Shown here: one piece after another, positions 26,812-37,269 of the stretch
Layout: every line of letters starts with the position of its first letter
How positions within the stretch are numbered: position 1 is the first letter of the stretch
Source: a virus
Length of the DNA stretch: 44,657 nt
IMG/VR virus record: IMGVR_UViG_3300045988_179769
Strand: one strand, 5' to 3'
Made by a program: the position numbers and the translations under genes
The notes under the pieces: model-generated
The model's database searches: none
What the model was told of the DNA's origin: nothing
Seen by the model: the letters and a program-made list of their open reading frames with translations, nothing else

Positions 26812-27839
26812 TGGCGAATGAAATTACAAAAATTCTGGATACTATTACTCCGGAACAGTATACAAAATATACAAATTGGTACGCAGAGCAACACTCGGCG
26901 TTCATTCAATCGGGTATCTTAGTACCAACACCAACTTTAGATCAAATGATCGTAGCAGGTGGGCTGTTAGTTACAATGCCCGAATGGAGTAAGACAGCGC
27001 TAGTTGATCAAGTCTTAGCTGAAGACAAAGCTCTAGAAACTGGTAAAACCAGTGCTGACAAACAAGTAGCACCAGTACTTTACCGTGGAACGGGGGCAGC
27101 GTATACGGATCTTGCCGCAATCACTGCTGGATCTAATCCTGCAACTCAGATTTTAAGTGACTTTGGTGTATATACAATCGAATCTGACCAAGAAATTTTG
27201 CAAGCAATCATCAAAGCGTTGTTCGCAAAAGGAACAGGACAAAACAAAGGGGCATTGGCTGATTCTCACGTATCAGATCAATCTGCGGCCAAAAATCCAG
27301 TGATCTGTCCTGAAATGGTTATTGATGCACGGTCGATTTTGGGAACTTCTCGAAGCAAGTTATCAGTGATCGCAATGCATTCTAAAGTAAAAGCAGAACT
27401 GGAAAAGCAAAATACTCAAACAAAACATTTTATTCCCGCAAGTGACTCTAAGTCTGGATTTGATACGTATCTCGGTATGCGTGTTGTAGAAGATGATGCA
27501 TTACTACCAAATACAGATGGTATTTATGAAACCTATCTTTATGCTACAGGTGCCTTTGGTCGAAATACTGCAACACCAGCAGACATGGTGACTTATGAAC
27601 CTGATCGTGATAAAGCAAAAGGAAATAACATGCTTTATGTTCGACGCGCTCGTGTAATTCATCCTTTCGGCTTGGCTTTTGAAAATGCTCAAGTTTCAGG
27701 GCTAACGCCAACAAATGCTGATCTAGCTTTACCTAAAAATTGGAAGAAAGTTCGCGAGGATAAGAAGATTGGTTTGGTTTGTTTGCGGCACAAAATCAGT
27801 GCTGATTTAGAAGAAACGACGCCAACAACTGAAGGATAA
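26811..27839 (+). CDS. Major capsid protein
   Basis: 342 aa. Position scaffold -> capsid. Strong RBS agtgaggaaaatgaataATG. Confidence 0.65.
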   Translation: MANEITKILDTITPEQYTKYTNWYAEQHSAFIQSGILVPTPTLDQMIVAGGLLVTMPEWSKTALVDQVLAEDKALETGKTSADKQVAPVLYRGTGAAYTDLAAITAGSNPATQILSDFGVYTIESDQEILQAIIKALFAKGTGQNKGALADSHVSDQSAAKNPVICPEMVIDARSILGTSRSKLSVIAMHSKVKAELEKQNTQTKHFIPASDSKSGFDTYLGMRVVEDDALLPNTDGIYETYLYATGAFGRNTATPADMVTYEPDRDKAKGNNMLYVRRARVIHPFGLAFENAQVSGLTPTNADLALPKNWKKVREDKKIGLVCLRHKISADLEETTPTTEG

Positions 27840-27847
27840 GTGATCGT

Positions 27848-28222
27848 ATGGAAGAGCTGAAAGAACGAATTCTTAAAAAATTGAAGAAGCTGAAAGGCAT
27901 CGATGACGATGGTTCAAACGATGTCTTTTTGTTTGCAATTGAAACAGCTATTCAAGACATCCTGAACTATTGTCATTTTGAAATAGAAGATTGGCCGGTG
28001 GCTTTGGATAACACTACAGTTTTAATGTCAATTGATCTTATCAATGAGACAGATTTTTTTCTTAAAGCGGCAGAAGCTGAAGGTGAAATGAAATCTTTAA
28101 GCGAAGGGGATTTCTCAATCACAAAAGAAACTAAGGCAGAGGCATATCAAAAAATGATGCAGTTGCCTTCTTTTGCTAGAAGCTATTCTAGGACCCTGAA
28201 TCAGTTTAGACGGTTGAGGTGA
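27848..28222 (+). CDS. Head-tail connector protein (gp6/gp15-like)
   Basis: Size and position after the capsid gene. Confidence 0.5.
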   Translation: MEELKERILKKLKKLKGIDDDGSNDVFLFAIETAIQDILNYCHFEIEDWPVALDNTTVLMSIDLINETDFFLKAAEAEGEMKSLSEGDFSITKETKAEAYQKMMQLPSFARSYSRTLNQFRRLR

Positions 28223-28229
28223 ATATTCC

Positions 28230-28592
28230 ATGTATGATTTTGCAAAAATAGAATTTGAGAAACAATATGATTCCAAAATGACAGTGAAAAAGAACCAGCA
28301 GGTCAAAGAAGGGACTATAACAAAATCTAAGTGGGTTGCTGTGAATGGTCTGAAAGATATACCTTGTCGCATCTCGAAAAAACAGATTACTCCAGTTAGT
28401 GAGGGAGAATTTGCAGGTATCTCTTATTCAATTTCCTTGTACTGCGATCCATTACTGGAAATTGAACCCGGGAGTCGCATATCTATTACTGATCTTTATG
28501 GTGTAGTAAGAGAGTATAAACGCTCATCAGAAGGCTTTTCTAGTTACAGAACACACCAAGAGATTTCAATTGTAAGGGATGATAAAGCATGA
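28230..28592 (+). CDS. Head closure / head-tail adaptor protein
   Basis: Size and position. Confidence 0.45.
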   Translation: MYDFAKIEFEKQYDSKMTVKKNQQVKEGTITKSKWVAVNGLKDIPCRISKKQITPVSEGEFAGISYSISLYCDPLLEIEPGSRISITDLYGVVREYKRSSEGFSSYRTHQEISIVRDDKA

Positions 28593-29059
28593 GTTCGGAT
28601 TTCATTTATGATGAGTTTTTGGCTTTTGCTAATAAATTTCATAAGAACTTGCAAGAAGAAACGTTTATCGTCGATGTCATGAATAAACTAGGAAATCTTA
28701 TGATTCGAGAAGTGAAAATGAAAACGCCAGTCGGTAAATATGATAATTCTGTATTTTTCGTCTCGAATGGAAAGCTGCTTGTTTTTGAAGCTGGTAGCAC
28801 AGCACGAACAGGTGGAGAATTGAGAAGGAATTGGATCCTTGACGGTGTGGAAAGCACTGGTGATGGATATGCTGTTACGATCTCAAACAATACGGAATAT
28901 GCATCATATGTTGAGAACGGTCATAGGAAAGCAGATCATTCTGGATGGGTGGAAGGCCAGTTCTTTTTGAAGATCACGATGGAAGAAATTCTTGATCAAT
29001 TACCAAAAATCGTTGGTCCGGCGTATGAAGAATATTTGAGAGGATTTGGTTTTTCATGA
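28589..29059 (+). CDS. Tail-neck protein (XkdH/HK97 gp10-like)
   Basis: Position; translational coupling. Confidence 0.4.
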   Translation: MSSDFIYDEFLAFANKFHKNLQEETFIVDVMNKLGNLMIREVKMKTPVGKYDNSVFFVSNGKLLVFEAGSTARTGGELRRNWILDGVESTGDGYAVTISNNTEYASYVENGHRKADHSGWVEGQFFLKITMEEILDQLPKIVGPAYEEYLRGFGFS

Positions 29060-29487
29060 TCGATGTAACGTTAGCAATTGCAAACGAACTTTCTAGAATC
29101 GTTCCTGATGCGGTCATCTACCGGGAAAATCAGGAACAAGGATTCCGAGAGCCGTCTTTTTATATCTACGAAATCATGGCTGATAGTAAGGGCGAATTGA
29201 TGTCATATGAGAATCGCAAACATCTATATTGTGTGATGTGGTTTCCTGATACAACAACAGATGATCCTGGTGTGAAAGAGCAGTGTGAAAAAATGCGTAG
29301 CAAGCTACTAGATGAGTTTAATCGTCTGGATGGCTTATCTGTTGGTTTGTTAAATAGAGAGGCTAAAATCGAATCTGGTACGCTCAATTTTACATTTAAA
29401 ATCAGATATCGAGTTGCTTTTGATAATGAAATATCAAAAATAGACTCATTTGAACAAAAAGGAGGTTTGAAAAGTGGCAAGACCTAA
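29056..29487 (+). CDS. Tail completion protein (XkdI-like)
   Basis: Position before the sheath gene. Confidence 0.4.
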   Translation: MIDVTLAIANELSRIVPDAVIYRENQEQGFREPSFYIYEIMADSKGELMSYENRKHLYCVMWFPDTTTDDPGVKEQCEKMRSKLLDEFNRLDGLSVGLLNREAKIESGTLNFTFKIRYRVAFDNEISKIDSFEQKGGLKSGKT

Positions 29488-29707
29488 AAAAGCAATTACA
29501 GAGGCAACAGTCGAGAATATTGGAGAAGAGATTGCGAATGAAGAAACCAGTGAAGAAAAAAAGTTCCCTAAAGAAGATGTTATTCTTTCAGCAGATTTTT
29601 CTCCAATTGATCGAGATTTTTTAAGCGGCTACTTAGAAGATAAGAAATACACAGTGGCTGAGGCTAAACAGGCCTTAAATAAAATAAAAAAAGGAGTTGT
29701 AAATTAA
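29474..29707 (+). CDS. Hypothetical protein (XkdJ position)
   Basis: ORF with RBS aaaaggagg. Confidence 0.35.
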   Translation: MARPKKAITEATVENIGEEIANEETSEEKKFPKEDVILSADFSPIDRDFLSGYLEDKKYTVAEAKQALNKIKKGVVN

Positions 29708-29708
29708 T

Positions 29709-31013
29709 ATGGCAGGTGGAACATGGACTACACAGAATAAAGTACGACCAGGAGCATATGTTAACGTTCGTTCCAATGGGAATGTCGGGACATCTGATTC
29801 AATTACGGGAGTAGTGGCTTTGCCATTGGCTCTAGATTTTGGGCCAGAAGGCGAAGTTATTGAAATTAATGTTAGTTCAGATCTGACTAGATTTGGATAC
29901 GACCTAACACACGAAAAACTTTTGTTGCTCCGAGAAGCATTAAAGCAAGCTGCAACTGTATTACTTTATCGAGTAGGTAGCGGAGGAAAAGCAGCAGCTG
30001 TCGAAGGATCTTTATCAGTTACGGCACTATACGGTGGAACTAGGGGAAATGACATCAGTGTTATTTCAAAAGAAAATGTAAATATTACTGGAGCTTTTGA
30101 TGTTGAGACATATCTTGAGGGCCGATTGATTGATTCTCAGACGGCAAAGACGATCGGCGAATTAAGCAATAATCGGTTAATTTCTTTCACTGGCGAAGGA
30201 GATTTAACTGCTTTCTCGATTGTCTTAGAAAATGGATCTAATACTGCAGCAACGGCGAATGACTATATGACTTTCTTTAGCAAGATTCAAGTATATGATT
30301 TCAATACCATTGCTTTGCCAGTCAAAGATGAAGTTACAAAGGCTGCGGGCGCTTCTTTTATCAATCGCATGAGAAATGAAGAAGGCAAAAAGTGTCAATT
30401 AGTAGTTGCGGGTTATGCGGCTAATAGTGAGGCTGTTATCAACATTAAGAATGGTGTAGTGCTGTCAGATGGCACCTTAATTTCTCCCGAACAAGCAACA
30501 GCATGGGTAGCAGGAGCTTCGGCGGCAGCGGGTGTTGCGACATCGCTAACTTACAAAGCTTATGATGGTGCTACTGATGTAACACAACGGTACTTAAATT
30601 CGGAGATCATCACTTCACTGCAGAATGGTGAATTCGTATTTACAGAAAAACGAGGATCTGCTGTTGTTGAGCAAGATATTAATAGTTTACGCTCATTCAC
30701 TACCGAAAAAAGTCGAGACTTTGCTAAGAACCGTATTCTTCGAGTATTGGATGATATTGCTAATAACTCAAAGAAAACATTTGAAGATAATTTCATTGGA
30801 AAAGTAAATGCAGATCAGGACGGCAGAGAGTTATTCAAAGCCGATCGTATTAGCTATTTCAATTCATTGCAAGGAGCAGGAGCAATCACGAACTTCTCGG
30901 CAGATGATGTTGTGGTAGAAGCAGGAAATGATAAAGATTCTATTGTACTTAATGTACAAGTTCAGCCAGTAGACGCTATGGAAAAACTTTACATGACAGT
31001 GCAGGTCTTATAA
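29709..31013 (+). CDS. Contractile tail sheath protein (PBSX XkdK-like)
   Basis: N-terminus MAGGTWTTQNKVRPGAYVNV matches the tail-sheath start (..G.w..QNKvRPG.Y.n). 434 aa, followed by the tube gene. Confidence 0.75.
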   Translation: MAGGTWTTQNKVRPGAYVNVRSNGNVGTSDSITGVVALPLALDFGPEGEVIEINVSSDLTRFGYDLTHEKLLLLREALKQAATVLLYRVGSGGKAAAVEGSLSVTALYGGTRGNDISVISKENVNITGAFDVETYLEGRLIDSQTAKTIGELSNNRLISFTGEGDLTAFSIVLENGSNTAATANDYMTFFSKIQVYDFNTIALPVKDEVTKAAGASFINRMRNEEGKKCQLVVAGYAANSEAVINIKNGVVLSDGTLISPEQATAWVAGASAAAGVATSLTYKAYDGATDVTQRYLNSEIITSLQNGEFVFTEKRGSAVVEQDINSLRSFTTEKSRDFAKNRILRVLDDIANNSKKTFEDNFIGKVNADQDGRELFKADRISYFNSLQGAGAITNFSADDVVVEAGNDKDSIVLNVQVQPVDAMEKLYMTVQVL

Positions 31014-31032
31014 GAAAGGGGAATAAAAGAAT

Positions 31033-31497
31033 ATGCCATTTTTAAAAGCTGGGGACGTGATTTCTGGTCGTGAAGGAACTGCCTTTATGACCATTGATGG
31101 CCGGAATATTCCGATGTTTTGGTTAAAAAATATTGAGGCTAAAGTTGAGTTAATCAAAACGGAAGTTCCGGTTTTGGGTAAACGAATGAATCAACAAAAA
31201 GTAACTGGGGCTAATGGTACAGGATCGATGACTATTCACAAAGTAACCAGTGAATTTGCAGCAATCGGTATCAACTACCTTAAGTCGGGAAAGATTCCTG
31301 ATATCACAATTAAAATTACAAACGATGATCCCAATAGCACCGTAGGTCGACAATCGACGCTTATTAGTGATGTTATTTTTGATTCTATCGTTATTGCGAA
31401 GTTAGATATTGAATCAGAAACATTAGATGAAGATGTTGACTTTACATTTGCAGATGCTGATTTATTAGATCAGTTTGTTGAACCATCACTAGGATAA
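31033..31497 (+). CDS. Tail tube protein (XkdM-like)
   Basis: 154 aa, MPFLKAGDVISGREGTAFMTIDG; position after the sheath gene. Confidence 0.65.
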   Translation: MPFLKAGDVISGREGTAFMTIDGRNIPMFWLKNIEAKVELIKTEVPVLGKRMNQQKVTGANGTGSMTIHKVTSEFAAIGINYLKSGKIPDITIKITNDDPNSTVGRQSTLISDVIFDSIVIAKLDIESETLDEDVDFTFADADLLDQFVEPSLG

Positions 31498-31514
31498 TTT
31501 AGGAGGAGACACAC

Positions 31515-31910
31515 ATGGATATCAAAAGTTTTATGATTGAAGCACAAGGCGGAACAAAAGAAGTCGAATTTGATCGGTTTGAAGAACCATTTGTTATTGA
31601 AGCAATTTCAGAAACCGAAAATGATCGCTTGAAAAAAGCGAGCACCTCTAAACGGCGCAGTAAATCAGGAAATACTATCAAAGATCTTGATACTGATCGA
31701 TATGCAGACGCTTTGCTATCTCGATGTGTAAAAACGCCTGACTTGCACAATGCAGAACTGCAAGCTTATTTTAAAACGGAAGGATCGGCTTCTGATACAT
31801 TGAAAGCAATGTTGCTTGCAGGTGAATATGCAACACTATCAAAAGAAGTATTAGAGCTTAACGGTTTTGATGAGGACGAAGAAGATCTTAAAGAAGATGT
31901 AAAAAAATAA
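31515..31910 (+). CDS. Tail assembly chaperone (XkdN-like; gpG analog)
   Basis: Position between tube and tape measure; ends at the A7 slippery run. Confidence 0.6.
   Translation: MDIKSFMIEAQGGTKEVEFDRFEEPFVIEAISETENDRLKKASTSKRRSKSGNTIKDLDTDRYADALLSRCVKTPDLHNAELQAYFKTEGSASDTLKAMLLAGEYATLSKEVLELNGFDEDEEDLKEDVKK
31901..31907 (+). promoter_or_regulatory. A_AAA_AAA slippery heptamer for programmed -1 frameshift (gpG/gpGT-type)
   Basis: Frame 0 reads gta aaa aaa taa. A -1 slip reads ata atg gaa..., continuing into ORF 31910..32104. Confidence 0.55.
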
Positions 31911-32104
31911 TGGAAGACGGCGAATCCGGTGAGTTTTGGTATGCATATCATGCGTACCATCGCAATGGGATGACGCCGTCTATTTTTTCAAATCTTCCCA
32001 AAAGAGAAAAAGCAATCGTTATGGCTTTCATAGATATCAATATTGAAGCAGAAGAAAAGGCTAATAAAAAAATGAAGAAGAAGAAAAGGCTAATAAAAAA
32101 ATGA
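31910..32104 (+). CDS. Frameshift extension of the tail assembly chaperone (gpT-like portion)
   Basis: -1 frame relative to 31515..31910, overlaps its stop; conserved arrangement upstream of the tape measure gene. Confidence 0.5.
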   Translation: MEDGESGEFWYAYHAYHRNGMTPSIFSNLPKREKAIVMAFIDINIEAEEKANKKMKKKKRLIKK

Positions 32105-32109
32105 AGAAG
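32051..32109. repeat. Tandem 29-bp direct repeat (2 copies) just upstream of the tape measure start
   Basis: gaagaaaaggctaataaaaaaatgaagaa(g) x2. Confidence 0.7.
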
Positions 32110-32121
32110 TAGGTGGATTCT

Positions 32122-35100
32122 ATGGCATCTCTAGAAGCGAGCTTAAAGCTTCGAGATCAATTCACCGCAGTTCTCAAAACAATCGATAGCGCCTTAAATC
32201 ATACAACGCAAACCATGAGTTCATTTAAGCAAACAGCAGCTGGTCCGGCTCAAGCATTACAGCAAATGGCCACAGCAGCTGCTAGTGCTGTTAGCAAGAT
32301 GAATTCAAGTATTCGAAGTGGATTAGATGTTGTGATGAATGTGGTTCGCTCGACTACCGAGAGAATCTTAACGCTATTCGGGAACTTCGGAAATCAAATT
32401 TCGACGAAGCTAAATCTTGGAGGTGTGACCTCAAAAATATCTTCAGCATTTAGCGGAGTGACCAATAAACTTTCATCTGTATTTTCTGGTCTAGGAAAAA
32501 TAGCAGGATCCGCTTTTAGTTCAGTGACGTCTGCTGCTAAGAGTTTTGGTTCAGGAGTATCATCAGTATTTACTTCAGTGATTGGGCATGCTAAAAATTT
32601 TGGCAGTAACCTAGGCAATGCATTTAATGGCGCGAAAAATTCGTTCAAGCAGTTTGGCCACGATTTAAAATCAGGCTTTTCAGGAATCAAAGAATCTACA
32701 GGACAAGCAACAAATGGTGTGAAAAGTTTTGTTGCTGCTATTGGCTTGATGAAAGCTGCAAGTGCAATAGTAAATACTGTCAAAAGTTCGATCGATGGAG
32801 CAATTGATCGTTTTGATACGCTGAATCAGTTTCCTAAAATGATGCAAGCTGTTGGCTTTAGTGCCGATCAAGCCGCAACTGCAAAAGATAAGCTAGTGGC
32901 GGGGATCGATGGATTGCCAACTACTTTAGGTGAGGTTGTAAGCACTACACAGCGTATCGCCACAATGACCAAAGATTTGGATGGGGCTACTAAAACAACG
33001 TTGGCCCTAAATAACGCATTTTTGGCATCTGGTTCAGATTCTGCAAAAGCCTCGCAAGGTCTAGAGCAATATATTCAAATGCTCGGTAAAGGCGAAGTGG
33101 ATATGCAATCTTGGCGATCGCTTCAAGATACTATGGGGGTTGCTCTAAATGAAGTTGCTGAATCTTTTGGTTTTGCTGGTCGTTCTGCTCAGAATGATTT
33201 GTACAAAGCCTTGCAAGAAGGAAACATAACTTTTGATCAGTTCAACAACAGAATCATTGAAATGAGTGAGGCAACTGGCGGATTTGCAGAACGTGCTTTG
33301 ATTGGTTCTGAAGGTATTAAGACGAGCTTTAAGAATATCAGAACAGCTGTTACGAACGGCGTTGAGGGGTCCATAAGGAAAATAGATTCCTTAGTTGAAA
33401 AGATTACTGGGAAAAATATTGCTAAAAACTTAGATGGTGTGAAACAAAAAGTTAAAGATGTTTTCGCAGCGATTAATGGAAACGATGAAAAGACTGGTCT
33501 GTTGGATCGTTTACCAGGAATGATTGAAAAGGTTACTCCTTATGTGAACGTATTGAAAGGCGCCTTTAATGATTTGAAAGGACCGATTGGCGATGCAATC
33601 AATGCAGTCAAGAAAAGCCTGTCCGAATTAACAGGATCCTTTGGTAGTCAAAAAAGCGTGGCTAGCTTTCAATCGTTTGTTGATGGAATAACGGAGAGTA
33701 TATCTAAACTTGCAGGTTTTGTTGAAAAACATTCAGATTCAATTGCTAAATTAATTTCATTGTTACCCAAATTAGCTGCTGCTTTTATTGGGTTTAAAAT
33801 CGGCAAAGGAGTTTTATCACCATTCCTTACATTTGGGAAAGGATTAACCACTGTCTTATCCGCTACTGGTAAATTAGGTGGTAATTTGGCTGGTAACTTT
33901 TTAAGTATTTTTGGTTTTGGAAAGAGCAAACCCGGGAGCGATCCTTCGGGTGGCTCCGACATGGGTGCAAAAACCCTAATTAGTCCATTAAATACTTTCT
34001 TAAATACAATGAACGGTTTTGCAAAAGGCGCAACAAACCTAGCGCTTGTTTTTGGAGTTATTTTATTGATCAAGCAAGCAGCCCAAGCTCTCAAAGAAGT
34101 AAGTGAGAAAATTCCTGATAATTTGGCTATGCTATCAGTGAAACTGGGAATGATGGCAGCTGCATTGGCTGGTATGGGTGTTTTTGTTGCCGCTGCAGGA
34201 CTAATTGCTAAAAGAAATCCAAGCGCTGCAATAGCGGGTTTGGCAACTGTTGCTGCACTATCAGGAAATATTATTTTGGCGGCAGAAGCTATGAAACAAA
34301 TTGACTCAAAAGTACCTACTGATATAGCGTCTTTTGGTGCAAAACTTGGAAACATGGCAATTGCACTTGGCAGTATGGCGGCTATTGTGGGAATTGCGGG
34401 TGTACTGGCAAATCTTAATCCTTCAGCTGCAGTAGCTGGATTGGTGGTTGTTGCTGCGCTAAGTGTTGAATTAATCTTAGCAGCAGAAGCTATGAAACAA
34501 GTGAATAATAAGGTTCCAAGCAACATAGGGGATTTCTCTTCTAAAATTGCAAATATGGCGATAGCTATTGGTAGCTTATCTCTGCTGGCCGGCATCATAG
34601 GATCAGTCATGGCTACAGGAATTGGCGGAGCAATCATTACAGCGGGTCTGTTAGCAATTGCAGCCGTTGCCGCTGATTTGATTCTTGTTGCTGAAGCAAT
34701 ACAACAAGTCCAAAACAAGGTCCCTGATGATCTGTCTGGAGTAAAAACAAAGATCGACAATATTGCTGAAGTAATTGGATATTTTTCTGACAAAAATTTG
34801 GGCAATATCTTCAGTGTGTTTAGTAATGCTGTAGGTATGCTAAATACTGCAGTAGTCGTATCTAACTTATCGAAGTTTGTTGAAATTGGTAACGCAATGA
34901 TCGATCTTCAAACAGTAGTTTTTTCAAGAACAGCTGTGATGGGGGCAATTGAAGACATTCAATACTGCATGGATGCTTTGACCAAAGGTAGTTTCATAAG
35001 CAAGTTTGGAGCTTTAGCTAATAGCAGCATAGACACTGGGACAACCTCTAATGTAGAGAAAATACTCGATACCCTAATTCAAATTGGTAATAGTTTTCAG

Positions 35101-36582
35101 AAATTGGAGTTAGTTTTATTTACTCGAAGCGCAGTTGAAAAATCTATTCTTGATATTCAAAGTGCAATTGATTTATTGACTAGTGGAAGTCTATCAACAA
35201 AATTGAATAATTTCATAGGCAGTGGTTTTGACAGTGGAACTGTTAATAAGGTCTCTGAGACTATTGATACGCTGATAAAAATTGGAAATCAATTTGTTAA
35301 GCTACAATCAACTGTTTTCTCTGCAAACGCTGTTCAATTGGCTATCGATGATTTGCAAAAATGTATCGATATGCTGACTGGAGGTGGTTTGTGGGATAAA
35401 CTGAAAAACTTTTTTGGAAGTAAAATTGACACAGGTACCTTGAACGAAGTCAGTCAAGCGATAGACGTACTGATTCAAATTGGTCAAAAATTTTCAAGTC
35501 TGCAAGGTGTTCTGTTTACACCAAGTGCAGTTCAGCAAAGTATTACAGCAATTAATGATGTTATTGAGACTATCGGCACTTCTTCTATAGGGAATTGGAT
35601 AGGTACAATGGTTAAATCATCACAATTGGGGGAAGTTGTTTCTACAATTTCTCAATTGACCCTTATACGTGACGCCATAGCTAATTTCGGGAGTGGAGAA
35701 ATCAATACACAAGGAATTGAAGCAGCAATTACTGCAATCGATTCAGTAATTCAAAAGCTGAACACTTTACCGGAAACTGCTGATATTGGCGGCTTACAAA
35801 ACATGATCGGTGTTTTACAATCCTTAGTAAGTCAGTTTGATGCTGTAGTAGCAGCTACACAAGCAAGCATGGCAGGAATGGATGGGCTATCAGCTAATTT
35901 CAGTTCCAATCTTTTATCAATGCAAAGCAATACTACAGCTACAATGAGCGCAATTCAGTCGGCAGGTACTTCTGGGATGGCAGCATTTACTACAGCTATT
36001 GCTAGTGGAATGGCTGCTGCATCGAGTGCGGCACGAGCCGGAAATACTCAAATTGTTAGTGCTTTTTCATCGTTGAGGAGCCAACTGTTTTCTGCAGGTT
36101 CTTATGCGATGTCTGGTTTAACTGCCGGGATTCAAGCAGGTGCAGGATCAGCAATCGCAGCAGCGCAGTCGGTAGCAAGTCGAGTGGCGTCGACGGTTCG
36201 TAGTGCATTAGATATCCATTCACCTTCACGAGTTATGATGGCTATTGGTGGATTTGTATCTGAAGGATTGGCTAATGGTATCCTTGCGGCTCAGAACTTA
36301 GTGCAAAAGGCAAGTGACGCACTGGCGTTGGCAACAATTCCGGATCAGTTAGCGACAGTTGCTGCAAACGGGACCGTAACAAGCAGTGTTCATGTTGATG
36401 ATGAAGATATTTCTCGTCTAAAAGCTTCAACAAGTTCTACGGTAGTGGTCCAACATAAGCAAGTAGTACCACAAGTTACGATTCACATTGACAACAAGGA
36501 TGGAGAGCCAATTGATGAAGAAGCTTTACTTCAAAAATTTGAAGATAAAGTAATTGAGTTGATTGATTCAGATTTGAGTTAG
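32122..36582 (+). CDS. Tail tape measure protein
   Basis: ~1486 aa after the chaperone pair. Ala/Gly-rich with internal repeats (AAEAMKQ..NKVP.. x3 units; ~57-aa units ..FS..AV...I.DIQ..ID.LT.G.. x4). RBS aggtgg + 6 nt before ATG 32122, alternative GTG at 32113. Confidence 0.85.
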   Translation: MASLEASLKLRDQFTAVLKTIDSALNHTTQTMSSFKQTAAGPAQALQQMATAAASAVSKMNSSIRSGLDVVMNVVRSTTERILTLFGNFGNQISTKLNLGGVTSKISSAFSGVTNKLSSVFSGLGKIAGSAFSSVTSAAKSFGSGVSSVFTSVIGHAKNFGSNLGNAFNGAKNSFKQFGHDLKSGFSGIKESTGQATNGVKSFVAAIGLMKAASAIVNTVKSSIDGAIDRFDTLNQFPKMMQAVGFSADQAATAKDKLVAGIDGLPTTLGEVVSTTQRIATMTKDLDGATKTTLALNNAFLASGSDSAKASQGLEQYIQMLGKGEVDMQSWRSLQDTMGVALNEVAESFGFAGRSAQNDLYKALQEGNITFDQFNNRIIEMSEATGGFAERALIGSEGIKTSFKNIRTAVTNGVEGSIRKIDSLVEKITGKNIAKNLDGVKQKVKDVFAAINGNDEKTGLLDRLPGMIEKVTPYVNVLKGAFNDLKGPIGDAINAVKKSLSELTGSFGSQKSVASFQSFVDGITESISKLAGFVEKHSDSIAKLISLLPKLAAAFIGFKIGKGVLSPFLTFGKGLTTVLSATGKLGGNLAGNFLSIFGFGKSKPGSDPSGGSDMGAKTLISPLNTFLNTMNGFAKGATNLALVFGVILLIKQAAQALKEVSEKIPDNLAMLSVKLGMMAAALAGMGVFVAAAGLIAKRNPSAAIAGLATVAALSGNIILAAEAMKQIDSKVPTDIASFGAKLGNMAIALGSMAAIVGIAGVLANLNPSAAVAGLVVVAALSVELILAAEAMKQVNNKVPSNIGDFSSKIANMAIAIGSLSLLAGIIGSVMATGIGGAIITAGLLAIAAVAADLILVAEAIQQVQNKVPDDLSGVKTKIDNIAEVIGYFSDKNLGNIFSVFSNAVGMLNTAVVVSNLSKFVEIGNAMIDLQTVVFSRTAVMGAIEDIQYCMDALTKGSFISKFGALANSSIDTGTTSNVEKILDTLIQIGNSFQKLELVLFTRSAVEKSILDIQSAIDLLTSGSLSTKLNNFIGSGFDSGTVNKVSETIDTLIKIGNQFVKLQSTVFSANAVQLAIDDLQKCIDMLTGGGLWDKLKNFFGSKIDTGTLNEVSQAIDVLIQIGQKFSSLQGVLFTPSAVQQSITAINDVIETIGTSSIGNWIGTMVKSSQLGEVVSTISQLTLIRDAIANFGSGEINTQGIEAAITAIDSVIQKLNTLPETADIGGLQNMIGVLQSLVSQFDAVVAATQASMAGMDGLSANFSSNLLSMQSNTTATMSAIQSAGTSGMAAFTTAIASGMAAASSAARAGNTQIVSAFSSLRSQLFSAGSYAMSGLTAGIQAGAGSAIAAAQSVASRVASTVRSALDIHSPSRVMMAIGGFVSEGLANGILAAQNLVQKASDALALATIPDQLATVAANGTVTSSVHVDDEDISRLKASTSSTVVVQHKQVVPQVTIHIDNKDGEPIDEEALLQKFEDKVIELIDSDLS

Positions 36583-36591
36583 GAGGCATGT

Positions 36592-37269
36592 ATGGCAATT
36601 AAATTCTATCTAGAGATTAGTGGGAAGCGTTACATGCTTCCTGTTAATCCTAGTTCAATAAATGTTGAAGTTCCAAGTAGAAATGAATCAAATGAAGTTG
36701 TAAAGCTGGGAGAGATCACCCAGTTTGCTGTCAAAGGATTAAAATCAGCATCCTTTGATTGTTTTTTTCCTGCAAGCAAAGACAATCGTTTTGTTATGAA
36801 TGGAAGTTCTTTTTTGCCACCAGGAGATTATGTTTTGCTTTTAGAAAAAGCTATGGATAGCCAAAAAGCAATCAGATTTATTGTTACTGACACAAAAATT
36901 AACATGCTTGTTTCAATCGAATCTTTTTCGTGGGAAATTGTTGATTCAACTGGGGATATTGAATACTCTCTTTCATTAAAAGAGTATCGAGAATATGCTG
37001 CTAAATATGTAAAAACAGTAGCGAAACAAGTAAGTCGACAACCGGCAAGACCGACCGTCACCCAAGAGATAACAATTGGGTGCACAGTGATTGTCAATGG
37101 CAGACTACATCGTGACAGCTATGGAGCAGGACCAGGACTAACGGAAGTTAATGCTACGAGAAAAGTCAATTTTATTGCAAAAGGTCGTAGCCATCCATAT
37201 CATGTGACATTAACAAATGGCGGATGGCGAGGATGGGTTACCGCTGGAAGTGTGAGGAGAATCAAATGA
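36592..37269 (+). CDS. Tail protein (XkdP-like position)
   Basis: Follows the tape measure gene in PBSX-like order; RBS aggaggcatgt. Confidence 0.45.
   Translation: MAIKFYLEISGKRYMLPVNPSSINVEVPSRNESNEVVKLGEITQFAVKGLKSASFDCFFPASKDNRFVMNGSSFLPPGDYVLLLEKAMDSQKAIRFIVTDTKINMLVSIESFSWEIVDSTGDIEYSLSLKEYREYAAKYVKTVAKQVSRQPARPTVTQEITIGCTVIVNGRLHRDSYGAGPGLTEVNATRKVNFIAKGRSHPYHVTLTNGGWRGWVTAGSVRRIK

Noticed and set aside
33669-34805. 378-aa antisense ORF, plus 32394..32783 and 32680..32871 on the - strand, inside the tape measure gene
   Set aside because: Ala/Gly/Pro-rich low-complexity translation produced by the GC-skewed Ala-rich repeats of the tape measure sense strand. No RBS, fully overlapped by a confident structural gene.
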